54,656 bases of DNA from an uncultured Piscirickettsiaceae bacterium. Its GTDB lineage: Bacteria; Pseudomonadota; Gammaproteobacteria; GCF-002020875. Below the pieces are notes generated by a model that saw only the letters and a list, made by a program, of their open reading frames with translations, did no database searches and was not told the DNA's origin. The first letter of the stretch is position 1. Every line of letters begins with the position of its first letter. The stretch lies in NCBI GenBank assembly GCA_964344785.1, contig CAYFOR010000004.1, positions 1 through 54,656 on the forward strand, read 5' to 3'. Shown here piece after piece: positions 1 to 10,573 of this stretch. Both the position numbers and the translations under genes were made by a program.

Positions 1-39
1 TACGTGCGGTTTCGTTCTCTCAAACTTTTCCTTGGACAT
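1..39 (-). CDS. tuf: Elongation factor Tu, 5' end only (runs off window)
   Basis: Reverse strand from ATG at 39 reads MSKEKFERTKPHV; directly downstream of fusA. Confidence 0.95.
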   Translation of the reverse strand, partial: MSKEKFERTKPHV

Positions 40-112
40 CGTCTTTTCCTCTTACGCTTGTTTGGCTCAAGCTGCTCGCTCCAGCCTCAATTCAGTTCAC
101 TCGTTAATCTGC

Positions 113-2209
113 TTAGCCGTTGTTCTTCTTGATCACCGCATCTGCGATATTGGATGGCGCCTCGGCATACTTCTCAAACTCCATTGAGTAGGTTGCACGC
201 CCCTGCGTTGCAGAACGCAGGTCGGTTGCATAACCAAACATCTCGGAGAGGGGTACCGTTGCAGCAATCATCTTGCCTGCCGGGGAATCATCCATACCGG
301 CAACCATGCCGCGACGACGGTTGAGATCACCCATTACGTCACCCATGTATTCTTCCGGGGTCACAACATCGACCTTCATCATTGGCTCAAGCAGTACTGG
401 GTCCGCATTCAGCGCACCCTGCTTGAAAGCCATGGAGCCCGCCACCTTGAACGCCAACTCGTTGGAGTCAACCTCATGGTAGGAACCGTCATACAGTGTG
501 ACCTTACAATCCTCAATCGGATAGCCTGCCATCACACCATTCTTCATCTGCTCCTGGATACCCTTGTCTACCGCAGGGATGTACTCTTTCGGTACCACAC
601 CACCCACGATCTCGTTGACAAACTCGTAACCAGAACCTGCTTCCTGAGGCTCAATACGAATCCAGACGTGGCCGAACTGACCGCGACCGCCAGACTGACG
701 AACAAACTTGCCTTCCTGCTCAACCGTCTTGCGAATGGTCTCACGGTAGGCCACCTGAGGTGCACCAACCGCTGCCTCAACATTGAACTCACGCATCATA
801 CGGTCAACGATGATCTCCAGGTGAAGCTCACCCATACCGGAGATGATGGTCTGACCAGACTCTTCATCCGTATGAACACGGAAAGATGGATCCTCCTGCG
901 CAAGCTTGGAGAGAGCGATCCCCATCTTCTCCTGGTCCGCCTTGGACTTGGGCTCTACCGCAACGGAGATTACCGGCTCCGGGAACTCCATACGCTCCAG
1001 AATGATCTTGTCATCCAGAGCACACAGCGTATCACCCGTGGTCACATCCTTGAGGCCGATCGCAGCTGCGATATCACCCGCGCGCACCTCCTTGATCTCT
1101 TCACGATCATTAGAGTGCATCTGCACGATACGCCCAATACGCTCCTTCTTCCCCTTCACGGTGTTATAACAGAAGTCACCGGAGTTGATGACGCCTGAGT
1201 AAACACGGAAGAAGGTCAGGGTACCGACAAATGGATCGGTCGCGATCTTGAATGCCAACGCAGAGAATGGCTCATCATCTGAAGATGGACGCTCCGCCTC
1301 AGCGCCATCTTCCAGCTCACCGGTGATCGCAGGCACATCCAGCGGAGAGGGCATGTAGTAAATGACCGCATCCAGCATCGCCTGTACACCCTTGTTCTTG
1401 AACGCGGAACCACACATCATCGGAACGATCTCGTTGTTCAGTGTCTGAATACGGATACCTTCGCGGATTTCGTCCTCAGTCAGCTCGCCCTCTTCAAGAT
1501 ACTTCTCCATCAACTCTTCATTGGCCTCAGCCGCAGACTCAACCATCTGCTCACGAAGCTCTTCGCACTGATCCTGCAAATCTGCCGGGATATCCTTGGC
1601 CTCATAGGTCATCCCCATGTCGTCTTCGTTCCAGTAGATCGCCTTCATACGAATCAGATCCACAACACCCTTGAACTCGTCTTCAGCGCCGATATTCATC
1701 TGAATGGGCACTGCATTGGCACCCAGACGCTCCTTGACCTGCTCAACAACACGCAGGAAGTCTGCACCAGAGCGGTCCATCTTGTTGACAAAACCGATAC
1801 GGGGAACACCATATTTGTTGGCCTGACGCCATACTGTCTCAGACTGTGGCTCTACACCACCCACTGCACAGAAAACCGCGCAAGCGCCATCAAGCACACG
1901 CAGTGAACGTTCCACCTCAATAGTGAAGTCCACGTGTCCCGGGGTATCAATAATGTTGACACGGTGTTGGTCAAACTGCTGATCCATACCCTGCCAGAAA
2001 GAGGTGGTCGCAGCCGAGGTAATGGTAATCCCACGCTCCTGCTCCTGCTCCATCCAGTCCATGGTTGCGGCACCATCATGCACCTCACCAATCTTGTGAG
2101 AGAGACCAGTATAAAAGAGGATACGCTCAGTGGTTGTAGTCTTGCCTGCATCAATATGTGCCATGATGCCGAGATTACGATACCGCTTCAGTGGTGTTTG
2201 ACGAGCCAT
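113..2209 (-). CDS. fusA: Elongation factor G
   Basis: [26 protein letters not shown] motifs; str operon position. Confidence 0.99.
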   Translation of the reverse strand: MARQTPLKRYRNLGIMAHIDAGKTTTTERILFYTGLSHKIGEVHDGAATMDWMEQEQERGITITSAATTSFWQGMDQQFDQHRVNIIDTPGHVDFTIEVERSLRVLDGACAVFCAVGGVEPQSETVWRQANKYGVPRIGFVNKMDRSGADFLRVVEQVKERLGANAVPIQMNIGAEDEFKGVVDLIRMKAIYWNEDDMGMTYEAKDIPADLQDQCEELREQMVESAAEANEELMEKYLEEGELTEDEIREGIRIQTLNNEIVPMMCGSAFKNKGVQAMLDAVIYYMPSPLDVPAITGELEDGAEAERPSSDDEPFSALAFKIATDPFVGTLTFFRVYSGVINSGDFCYNTVKGKKERIGRIVQMHSNDREEIKEVRAGDIAAAIGLKDVTTGDTLCALDDKIILERMEFPEPVISVAVEPKSKADQEKMGIALSKLAQEDPSFRVHTDEESGQTIISGMGELHLEIIVDRMMREFNVEAAVGAPQVAYRETIRKTVEQEGKFVRQSGGRGQFGHVWIRIEPQEAGSGYEFVNEIVGGVVPKEYIPAVDKGIQEQMKNGVMAGYPIEDCKVTLYDGSYHEVDSNELAFKVAGSMAFKQGALNADPVLLEPMMKVDVVTPEEYMGDVMGDLNRRRGMVAGMDDSPAGKMIAATVPLSEMFGYATDLRSATQGRATYSMEFEKYAEAPSNIADAVIKKNNG

Positions 2210-2264
2210 TGTATATTTCCGTACTTGTTAAAGAGTCAATTCAATAAGACAAAACACAAACAAC

Positions 2265-2735
2265 TTACCAACGGAAGTGAGAGAACGCCTTGTTCGCTTC
2301 CGCCATGCGATGGGTATCCTCTCTCTTCTTCACTGCAGCACCACGACTCTCAACGGCATCCATGATCTCACCCGCCAGACGCAACCCCATGGTTTTCTCG
2401 CCACGCTTGCGCGCAGCCTCAACCATCCAGCGCATACCCAGTGCCATGCGTCGCTCCGGGCGCACCTCAATCGGCACCTGATAGGTTGAACCACCGACAC
2501 GACGAGACTTCACCTCAACCTTCGGGCCGATATTATCCAGCGCATTAAACAGTGTCTCGACGGGGTCGTTGCTCCCACGCTCTTCGACCACATCCAGCGC
2601 ACCATATACAATTCGTTCAGCCACTGACTTCTTGCCATCACGCATAATCACGTTAATGAACTTGGTCAACTGCTCATTCCCAAATTTTGGATCAGGAAGT
2701 ACGGTACGCTTCGGCGCTCTATTTCTTCTGGACAT
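2265..2735 (-). CDS. rpsG: 30S ribosomal protein S7
   Basis: [22 protein letters not shown]. Confidence 0.99.
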   Translation of the reverse strand: MSRRNRAPKRTVLPDPKFGNEQLTKFINVIMRDGKKSVAERIVYGALDVVEERGSNDPVETLFNALDNIGPKVEVKSRRVGGSTYQVPIEVRPERRMALGMRWMVEAARKRGEKTMGLRLAGEIMDAVESRGAAVKKREDTHRMAEANKAFSHFRW

Positions 2736-2789
2736 CTGTTGTTCTCAAACTCTATCTATCAATCGGAATCCGGTTACTAGCCTGTTCGA

Positions 2790-3164
2790 CTAACCTTTTG
2801 GCTTCTTGGCGCCATACTTGGAACGGCCTTGGCGGCGTGACTCCACACCAGTCGTATCCAGACTTCCGCGTACTACGTGGTAACGAACACCAGGCAAGTC
2901 CTTAACACGCCCTCCCCTGATCAGTACCACTGAGTGCTCCTGCAGGTTGTGACCTTCACCACCAATATAGGAGGAGACCTCCATACTATTGGTCAGACGC
3001 ACACGAGCCACCTTTCTCATCGCTGAGTTTGGCTTCTTGGGTGTAGTCGTATATACACGGGTACAGACACCACGCTTCTGCGGGCATGCATCCAACGCAG
3101 GTACCTTGCTCTTCTCTTTCTGAACCTTGCGAGGCTTTCTTACCAACTGATTAATCGTTGCCAT
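2790..3164 (-). CDS. rpsL: 30S ribosomal protein S12
   Basis: [30 protein letters not shown]. Confidence 0.99.
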   Translation of the reverse strand: MATINQLVRKPRKVQKEKSKVPALDACPQKRGVCTRVYTTTPKKPNSAMRKVARVRLTNSMEVSSYIGGEGHNLQEHSVVLIRGGRVKDLPGVRYHVVRGSLDTTGVESRRQGRSKYGAKKPKG

Positions 3165-3409
3165 CGTTCTCTATATCTTCAAGCATATAAACAAAACACT
3201 TCTGACCCAGACTCAGGCATCAATCACCAGTATTAAAGAGCAGGCTCAAAAGCGACAAAAAAGACCGATTCCTGCAGCTTAACTACAAGATCTATCGTTC
3301 TTTATCGATTCGGCTTTGGCAGATCCGGTCTATCCACCTTATTTAACTTCACTAAAACTCACCGGTCTCAATACGGGAACTCATCATTGCCCCGTAATCA
3401 GGAACGCGA

Positions 3410-3438
3410 ATTCTATGGAGACCGATATGGTGTGTCAA
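3410..3438 (-). promoter_or_regulatory. Sigma70 promoter of the str operon
   Basis: Minus strand TTGACA (3438-3433), 17 nt spacer, TAGAAT (3415-3410), then GC-rich discriminator TCGCGTTCC. Confidence 0.8.
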
Positions 3439-3662
3439 CAACTTTCCGCCATTTATTTTAAAAAACTTTCATATAGACAATCTGCCCCCTCCGCAACCAT
3501 TCATCGGCTGCCCCAGACAGGAATGCCCCCCCCCTCCATCGCCCTGATACAGTGAGTAGATCATATTGACGAAGTGCCAGGTTAACCGTTTTCAATCAAA
3601 CGATAATAAGAGAAAACGGAGAATCATAGTCACATGTCAAAATTATCGTGCTGAATCTACAG

Positions 3663-3674
3663 AATTACGTAATT
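3663..3674. promoter_or_regulatory. Perfect 12-bp palindrome, possible operator
   Basis: AATTACGTAATT about 45 nt upstream of the 66-aa ORF. Confidence 0.3.
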
Positions 3675-3717
3675 TTGCGTATTTCCAGATCTCGATTTCA
3701 CATCTAGAGTTCACTAT

Positions 3718-3918
3718 ATGAAATCTGCCCGTAACGATGAAAGCCCCATGCTCCCTCACGAGCTACTGCTCTCAACAGCCATCGGTCTATTGTATGGGCT
3801 GGGGGTCGTACTACTGATCCTGATCACACTGGCAGTCATACTGGACCAGAGCACCGTTACAGAGCTCATCTCCGTATTGACCGGGACAGACCCCGCTCAG
3901 ATCGATGCCCTGTTATAG
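3718..3918 (+). CDS. Small membrane protein, hypothetical
   Basis: 66 aa, ATG start, one long hydrophobic segment; fills an intergenic gap. Confidence 0.55.
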   Translation: MKSARNDESPMLPHELLLSTAIGLLYGLGVVLLILITLAVILDQSTVTELISVLTGTDPAQIDALL

Positions 3919-3945
3919 CCCGGAACGTGTTGACACGCTCCAGGC
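3918..3945 (-). terminator. Hairpin between convergent genes
   Basis: Minus strand GCCTGGAGCGTGT-CA-ACACGTTCCGGGC pairs with G-U; weak U tract. Confidence 0.5.
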
Positions 3946-3954
3946 CATATACGA

Positions 3955-4551
3955 TCAGAAGGGGCTGAAGCGAGAGAAGAGTCCTCTCGGAGACATGCCA
4001 CGGTTGATTGAACCCATCTCGCGCGTCATATGAAATGTACTGTTCGCCATATGCTGAGTGGATTGATCGAGATTATTCATGCTGGCCATCATCGGCTCAA
4101 GTGTTTTCGCATACCCTGAAATCTGCTGTACACTGGTTCGCATATCTTCCATGGTGACTGTAATGGCCTGCATATTCCCATCAATGGCATTGAGATTGCG
4201 CGTCATCACCTGAACATTGCTCGACATGGTCTCAATCCCATCGACCATACTGGCCATATGCTGGCCCATATAGGGGTCAATACTGGTCGACATCACCTGA
4301 ATATTCCGCGCGATATGCGACATATCCTGCGTCAGGTGATAGATCATGTAGAAACCGTAGATCGAGAGCACACAAAAGGCAAACAGTGCAGGATAGACCA
4401 CCATCTCCCAACGTCTGGCGCTCTTCTCAAAGCAGCTGGCAAAACGTTCCAGCGGCTGCCCATTGACTATGACGCCATCAGCCCTGTCTGCTCCAGCTCC
4501 GGTTGCAGCCCCATCGATCACGGCTGCTTCTGTTTTACTCTTCTCTGACAT
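3955..4551 (-). CDS. Single-TM protein with Met-rich coiled coil, hypothetical
   Basis: SARRWEMVVYP then TM helix, then heptad-patterned region with about 17 Met; ATG at 4551 with AAGGTG RBS. Confidence 0.85.
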   Translation of the reverse strand: MSEKSKTEAAVIDGAATGAGADRADGVIVNGQPLERFASCFEKSARRWEMVVYPALFAFCVLSIYGFYMIYHLTQDMSHIARNIQVMSTSIDPYMGQHMASMVDGIETMSSNVQVMTRNLNAIDGNMQAITVTMEDMRTSVQQISGYAKTLEPMMASMNNLDQSTQHMANSTFHMTREMGSINRGMSPRGLFSRFSPF

Positions 4552-4630
4552 CAATAATCACCTTGCACTTATGTTGGAATGCGGACTGTAGCACGTTTTT
4601 TTACAAATAAAAAATAGGCAAAACATTAAA

Positions 4631-4644
4631 TTAGAACCTTCTAA
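4631..4644. promoter_or_regulatory. Inverted repeat, candidate transcription-factor operator
   Basis: TTAGAA-CC-TTCTAA in the AT-rich spacer upstream of the 3955..4551 gene. Confidence 0.45.
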
Positions 4645-4662
4645 CGTACTGTTTTATTGGTT

Positions 4663-5661
4663 CTATCTCTGATTGAAATCCTGCTGAAGCGCCATTGCAA
4701 ACTCAGGGTCGATGACACGGATTACAGCAGTGATTTTCTCAGCCTCTGAAACTCTTCCCTGTTGATACAAGGCAACCGCCGCCCTGGAAAATGCGCGCAC
4801 CGAACGCACCCAATCCCTTTTCGCATAGTAGATATTACCCAATTCCCCCCATGCATCCGGGTTCTTTGGATCCTCTTGCAGCAGCGATCGATAACTTTCA
4901 ATCGCCAGATCATAATCACCCTCCCAATAGGCCTGACGTCCCCGACTCCATAACCATTTGATTTCAGACTCAGGTGTTGTATCCACAACCTCCCACACGT
5001 CCTCACTCTGCTGCTGGTGCTCTGGCATCTTGTTATGCGGTGACTGCCCGGAAGCGGGATCGAATTGCTTTGCCAGATCTTCAATCGGCTTACTGAGTGA
5101 AGCAATCTTTTCTGCAAGTGCCGGCAACTCCCCTTCGAGCACCTCGGAGACTCTCCTTTGCTGTTCAAGTAGCGCGGCAAGTTGTGAGGCCTGTGATGCG
5201 GGCATGGGCTGCCCAGTCTGCTCCTGCTTAATGGCTACCGACTCTTTCCCGGCACGCTCCCCGACCTGAACTTTCTCTTGTTGTTTCACCGGCTCCAGGC
5301 CGACCACCTCTGCCAGGTCCGGGGCAGCAAATGTGGATTGAGTGTCCTGAACACTTTTCTGCTCTGGTTCTGGTTCTGACGCCGATCGGAGTGGAGTCTG
5401 TTCAGTATCCGAAGGGGGCACCTGCCGTACCGTTTTTGCCTCAACCTTTACCGGCGCAGACGAATCAATCGATGGAGTCGGCGCTTGAAAGGTATTTTGC
5501 GGGACAGCAGCCACAACCGGGGGAGATGGCGCTTCATCACTGCTCACGGGCTCTCCACTCCACAGCTCCATCAGATGCTCCCTCTCAAGATATGCAATCA
5601 CCCCCAAACCGACAACAATACCGGGGAGGATAGAGGCCAACATCCTGAACAACACTTTCAT
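4663..5661 (-). CDS. Membrane-anchored TPR protein
   Basis: N-terminal TM, long Pro/Gln/Glu-rich linker, C-terminal TPRs (AYWEGDYDLAIESYRSLLQEDPKNPDAWGELGNIYY). Confidence 0.85.
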   Translation of the reverse strand: MKVLFRMLASILPGIVVGLGVIAYLEREHLMELWSGEPVSSDEAPSPPVVAAVPQNTFQAPTPSIDSSAPVKVEAKTVRQVPPSDTEQTPLRSASEPEPEQKSVQDTQSTFAAPDLAEVVGLEPVKQQEKVQVGERAGKESVAIKQEQTGQPMPASQASQLAALLEQQRRVSEVLEGELPALAEKIASLSKPIEDLAKQFDPASGQSPHNKMPEHQQQSEDVWEVVDTTPESEIKWLWSRGRQAYWEGDYDLAIESYRSLLQEDPKNPDAWGELGNIYYAKRDWVRSVRAFSRAAVALYQQGRVSEAEKITAVIRVIDPEFAMALQQDFNQR

Positions 5662-5775
5662 ATATGATTTCCAGTCAGACTACATCAGCAATAAGGCAAT
5701 CAATTATACTCTGTTCGACAGAATATTTCAGACAGACCCGGCACAGTAACCGGGATCGACCTCGAGCAACGGCTG

Positions 5776-6384
5776 TCAGTTCCAGCCCATCAGGTGCTCG
5801 ATCCTTACCCCCTCGACATGATCCACCCGCTTGACATCGAAGGGAATCGTAAACAGGGAGGATGGCAGCCGGCCGACCTCTACCTGTGAAAGCTGCCGAA
5901 TACCCCCCCCATCGACCTCAATTCGAATCGGATACTGCAGATCAGGGTCGTACCAGGCTGTCACCCCGATGCTGAATTCGCCAATTCCAAAATCCGCCCC
6001 CCAACGACTGGCCACCGTTCCGCCTACAGCCTCATCAAACTGATAGCCACAACTGAACAGCTGCATCTCATCACAAAAAAGCGATGGATTACGAGGAATG
6101 GCAAAAGCCTCCTGCTGAGAATATTCCCCAGCCACCGGATCGATCACCGTAGTGATCCCCCTAAAAAGGTCTACAATCCTGACCTCCCGTTGCTCTCCCT
6201 TATGCCTCTCTTCCCGTATGGCATCATCGGTCACATAGATTCTGCCGGTAACCACCACCTGGCTGTCACTGTCAAAATAGGCCAGATCCGCAGAGAACTC
6301 GGTAAGCGCCTGAGCGCTACCAGACATCAAAAGCAGCAGCCACCCCCAGCAACGAACGGTAGAAAATCTATTTCTGGAAGCCAA
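5776..6384 (-). CDS. Exported protein, DUF4412/LolA-like fold suspected
   Basis: Signal peptide ending AQA; EFSAD..TGRIYV..IREE, WYDPDLQYPIR, LPSSLFTIP pattern. Confidence 0.65.
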   Translation of the reverse strand: MASRNRFSTVRCWGWLLLLMSGSAQALTEFSADLAYFDSDSQVVVTGRIYVTDDAIREERHKGEQREVRIVDLFRGITTVIDPVAGEYSQQEAFAIPRNPSLFCDEMQLFSCGYQFDEAVGGTVASRWGADFGIGEFSIGVTAWYDPDLQYPIRIEVDGGGIRQLSQVEVGRLPSSLFTIPFDVKRVDHVEGVRIEHLMGWN

Positions 6385-7168
6385 AATATTGAACCGGTCC
6401 CCTCATTTGCGGACTCAACGCCAACGGGTCCATTGCATTTGCTCTACGAACACCCAGAGCATAGTCCGGGATAAAGCTGGAAAAATAGACCGGCGCCTGA
6501 CGTTCTCCTTGCTGCTCCTCCGTTTTGGATAGCTGATCCGCCTCTCTGGCAAGCGCTTCCATATCCATTTCATAACCCACAAACTCATCCAGCACCGCTT
6601 CCTGATACGGAGTCTGCGCCGAAGTCAACTCGCTGCCATTGTGGTACGGCACGGTACATGGTTCCAATTTTGCCATCTGGTGAGGCTGTGCATCACCTGC
6701 AGTACCGTGACTACCGAGCGCAACCCGTTTTCCAGACTCAAGCTCACCCAACGCCCAGATGTCGCCATCATCCATCTCGAATCCGGCTGCTGCAGCTTCC
6801 TCTTGGGAGGACTCCAACTGCCAGGCAGGATCAATCAATGACAACTCAACCTCATTAAAGTCACCACTGATGGAAACAGCCGGTCGGTCAGGCTCATAGG
6901 CAGCCTGAATAACCGGTAGCTCATCGCCCTGTTTACGGTACATTGCATGCTCTGCCTGTAACGATCCTGTACTGCCCTTCGACTGCTGACGTACCTCTTC
7001 AGCCGTTGGAAGACCAAAATCGAAGTGACCGCCAAATGGTCCAAGTGGTGCTGGCGCACTCCACTCCTCTGCCATCACAGCATGGCTTGCAGCCAGCAGG
7101 ACAAGACCGGCGACAGTCGATACTTTATTACCTGTATTCACTGGGTACGTTTTCAGACTCATGCACAC
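6368..7168 (-). CDS. Exported acidic hypothetical protein
   Basis: Signal-like hydrophobic segment ending VMA; co-directional, overlaps the next gene. Confidence 0.65.
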   Translation of the reverse strand: MCMSLKTYPVNTGNKVSTVAGLVLLAASHAVMAEEWSAPAPLGPFGGHFDFGLPTAEEVRQQSKGSTGSLQAEHAMYRKQGDELPVIQAAYEPDRPAVSISGDFNEVELSLIDPAWQLESSQEEAAAAGFEMDDGDIWALGELESGKRVALGSHGTAGDAQPHQMAKLEPCTVPYHNGSELTSAQTPYQEAVLDEFVGYEMDMEALAREADQLSKTEEQQGERQAPVYFSSFIPDYALGVRRANAMDPLALSPQMRGPVQYFGFQK

Positions 7169-7262
7169 TCCTAGATTATAGTTTCACCACAACTGACACT
7201 TTGTCATTGAGACCTTTGCAAAAAAGCTCTTCCGTGCAAATGCCTCTTAGAATCGTTCAACC

Positions 7263-10200
7263 TCAGCTTCCAGGTTCAGCGACCATCTCACCCTGCCGCT
7301 TCTCAAACTGGTGAAGCATATCCTCTGGATAGAGTGCCTTCCCGGCACTCAGACAGCCCAGCGGGATCACAATCAGTGTGAGCAGTGTGGAGACCACAAC
7401 TCCAAACAGCAGTGCAACCGCCATCCCCTGAAAGATCGGATCGGTCAGAATCACACTGGAACCACCCACTAGTGCCAACGCAGTAATGATGATCGGACGC
7501 ATTCTGGCCTGACCGGAGGCGATCACCGCATCAACCGGACTCTTGCCCGCACGCAACTCAAGTTGGGCAAAGTCAACCAGCAGAATGGAGTTACGGACAA
7601 TGATTCCTGCCAGCGCAATGAAGCCGATCATCGAGGTGGCCGTAAACTCTGCGCTCATGATCCAGTGCCCCGGCACAATGCCAACCATCGTCAACGGAAT
7701 CGGCGCCATGATAATCAATGGAATCAGGAAATTACCAAACTGCCACACCACCAGTATATAGATCATCACCAGCGCCACACCAAAGGCAATTCCCATATCA
7801 CGGAATGTGACATAGGTAACGTGCCACTCACCATCCCACTTGAATCCGGAGCGGAAGGTCTCCTTCGGTGCTGAAATCCATCCACCCTCAATCAACTCTC
7901 CATGCGGGCTGCGGAAGTCACGCTCTGCCATGATCCGTTCGAGATCGAACATCGCATAGAGCGGCGCAGGAAGCTTGTTGACCGCATCTCCAACCACGTA
8001 CTCTACCGCACGCAGATCCTTGTGATAGATCACTGGGTCTTCCATGAAGGTCTTGAATTTACCCAACTCACTCAGCGAAACGGTGTTCTGGCCATCCATG
8101 GTCGGAATCGGCAGATCCGAAAGATTGCTGATCTGGGAACGGACCGCCAGCGGCACCTCCAATGTAATCAGCGTCGGTTCACGCGCCTTGCCCTGTTTGA
8201 CATCCCCCAGAGGCATCGAACCGAGCGCCATCGCCAGATTGCGATTGATGGTCGCCACCGAAATCCCTCGACGATTCGCCTTCTCCGTATCGACCACAAA
8301 ATGGAGGATCTGATGGGGATCATTCATGTAGTTATCCACATCTTCCATGATCTCCGAACTGGCAAAGATGTCCGTCATGGCGGCCGCAACCTGTCTCCGC
8401 GTCTTGGCATCCGGCCCATACACCTCGGCCACGACCGACTGCAACACAGGCGGACCTGGCGGCACCTCGGCCACAGTGATTCTCGCGCCGCTCTTCTCTG
8501 CAACCGGTTTCAACAGATCCCGGACCATCAATGCAATCTCGTGGCTACTACGCTGACGCTCCTTCTTGTGTACCAGCTGCACGGAGATGGTCGCCATCCA
8601 GGGATACTCCTGCAGATAATAGTGACGCACCAGTCCGTTGAAGTTGTACGGTGCGGCCACACCGGTATAGGTCTGCAACGCAACGGACTCGGGAACGGCA
8701 CGCTCAATCATGGTTGCCATCTTGCGCGCCACATTGGCCGTTACCGGCAGTGCAGTACCCGTCGGCATGCGAATCATCACATCAAATTCCGACTTGTTGT
8801 CGTACGGGAGCATCTTGGTCTTCACCCCATGGGTATAGAAGAGCGACACCGCGGCAAAGAAGCTGCCGATAATCGCAAACAGTACGATCCAGCCCAGCAG
8901 TCGATTCTCGATCATCGGGCGAATCAAGCCCTCATAGATTCGACCAACCCGCTCCTGCGACTTGTGTTCCTTCTCTTCTGCCTTCTTCAGTGCCCGCATC
9001 GAAGGGCGCAGCTTCATGGTCAACCACGGTGTGAAGATAAAGGCGGCAAAAAGCGAGAACGCCATCGCTGCCGAGCCGAGTACCGGGATCGGCGCCATAT
9101 AGGGGCCCATCAACCCGGTCACGAAGCCCATCGGCAACAGTGCGGCAATCACCGTTAGCGTCGCAAGAATGGTTGGATTACCAACCTCACGGGTTGCGTC
9201 AATGGCGGTATCTTCATCGGTGCTCTCCTGCATCAGCCAGCGACGATAGATATTCTCAACCACCACAATCGCATCATCCACCAGAATACCGATCGAGAAG
9301 ATCAGCGCAAACAGACTCACCCGATTGATACTGTAGTCCAACATATAGGCTGAAAAGACCGTCAGCAGAATCACCACAGGGATGACGATGGTCACCACCA
9401 CGGCAGGCCGCCACCCCAAACTGAGGTAGATCAGTACCGTCACGGCCAGCGTCGCAATGACCAGCTTGAACAGCAGCTCATCGACCTTGTCCTTGGCTGT
9501 CGCACCATAGTTGCGGGTCACATCGACATGGATATTGGATGGGATCAATGTCCCTTTTAGCTCGTCGACCTTCTCCAAAATTGCATTGGCAACCGGTACC
9601 GCATTGCTCCCCTCCTTTTTGGCAATCGCGATCGTGACTGCGGGAAAGCCGGAGGCATGCTTCCCTCCCTGGTAACTGTCTCCCGAGTAGAATTCGACCA
9701 TCCCCTTGGCCTCTTCCGGCCCCTGATAGACACTGGCAATATCCCGGATATAGACAGGCATATCATTATGTACGCCTACAACCAGATTGGCGATCTGCTT
9801 GGCAGTATGTAGAAAGGAGCCGGTATAGACCTTGAAATTGAGATTTCCGGCCTCGGCATCACCGGCCACCTGCTCACCATTGGCGGTACGCACCGTATTG
9901 GCCACCCGATCCAGGCTGATACCAAAGCCGGAGAGCCGCTCGGGCATCACTTCGATTCGAACCTGCGAACGGCGCCCGCCCACAATAAATGCCTCACCGG
10001 TATCCGGAATCGTCTGCAGGATATGAAGCACATCGGTCGCAAGTGCTCGCATGGCACTGTCATCAACCTCCTCGGACCAGAGAGTCAGATTGACGATCGG
10101 CACATCATCAATACCCTTTGCCTTGACCAGCGGTTCCGATACCCCCGGCGGAATACGGTCCCGATTGGCGGACAACTTGTTGTAAACCTTGACCAGAGAA

Positions 10201-10562
10201 GGAATCACCTGCTCGCCGACCACAAACTGAACCGTGACCACGCCCATGCCACGCTGTGTCGCAGAATAGACATGCTTCACGCCGGGAATCTCACTCATGA
10301 TCAGCTCAAGCGGCTCGGTGGCTAGCCCGGAGAGCTGCTCGGCGTGCACACCCGGCGCCTGCACAAAGATATCGATCATTGGAACCGAAATCTGGGGGTC
10401 TTCCTGACGGGGAGTCAGCATCAACCCCAGAAAACCCATTGCCAGCATTGCAAAGAGCAGCAGCGGCGAAAGCGGGGAGTGGATAAACGCCTTGGCCATG
10501 CCACCAGCAAGGCCCAGCGGTGGCGCTTCCTGCGCCAACTGTTTCTCGTCCTGAGTACTCAT
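7263..10562 (-). CDS. RND transporter permease (AcrB/AcrD/AcrF superfamily)
   Basis: 1099 aa; GILVDDAIVVVENI, GIIVRNSILLVDF, RMRPIIIT proton-relay motifs. Confidence 0.95.
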   Translation of the reverse strand: MSTQDEKQLAQEAPPLGLAGGMAKAFIHSPLSPLLLFAMLAMGFLGLMLTPRQEDPQISVPMIDIFVQAPGVHAEQLSGLATEPLELIMSEIPGVKHVYSATQRGMGVVTVQFVVGEQVIPSLVKVYNKLSANRDRIPPGVSEPLVKAKGIDDVPIVNLTLWSEEVDDSAMRALATDVLHILQTIPDTGEAFIVGGRRSQVRIEVMPERLSGFGISLDRVANTVRTANGEQVAGDAEAGNLNFKVYTGSFLHTAKQIANLVVGVHNDMPVYIRDIASVYQGPEEAKGMVEFYSGDSYQGGKHASGFPAVTIAIAKKEGSNAVPVANAILEKVDELKGTLIPSNIHVDVTRNYGATAKDKVDELLFKLVIATLAVTVLIYLSLGWRPAVVVTIVIPVVILLTVFSAYMLDYSINRVSLFALIFSIGILVDDAIVVVENIYRRWLMQESTDEDTAIDATREVGNPTILATLTVIAALLPMGFVTGLMGPYMAPIPVLGSAAMAFSLFAAFIFTPWLTMKLRPSMRALKKAEEKEHKSQERVGRIYEGLIRPMIENRLLGWIVLFAIIGSFFAAVSLFYTHGVKTKMLPYDNKSEFDVMIRMPTGTALPVTANVARKMATMIERAVPESVALQTYTGVAAPYNFNGLVRHYYLQEYPWMATISVQLVHKKERQRSSHEIALMVRDLLKPVAEKSGARITVAEVPPGPPVLQSVVAEVYGPDAKTRRQVAAAMTDIFASSEIMEDVDNYMNDPHQILHFVVDTEKANRRGISVATINRNLAMALGSMPLGDVKQGKAREPTLITLEVPLAVRSQISNLSDLPIPTMDGQNTVSLSELGKFKTFMEDPVIYHKDLRAVEYVVGDAVNKLPAPLYAMFDLERIMAERDFRSPHGELIEGGWISAPKETFRSGFKWDGEWHVTYVTFRDMGIAFGVALVMIYILVVWQFGNFLIPLIIMAPIPLTMVGIVPGHWIMSAEFTATSMIGFIALAGIIVRNSILLVDFAQLELRAGKSPVDAVIASGQARMRPIIITALALVGGSSVILTDPIFQGMAVALLFGVVVSTLLTLIVIPLGCLSAGKALYPEDMLHQFEKRQGEMVAEPGS

Positions 10563-10573
10563 TTCCGGGAGTC

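Noticed and set aside
2790..3164. Streptomycin-resistance substitutions in RpsL
   Set aside because: Both lysine motifs (PKKPNS, RVKDLP) are wild type
3955..4551. Methyl-accepting chemotaxis protein call
   Set aside because: Coiled-coil resemblance only; the conserved signalling-tip motif is absent
7902..9158. 418-aa plus-strand ORF (similarly 15466..16695 and 52563..53882)
   Set aside because: Antisense to well-supported genes; no recognisable motifs
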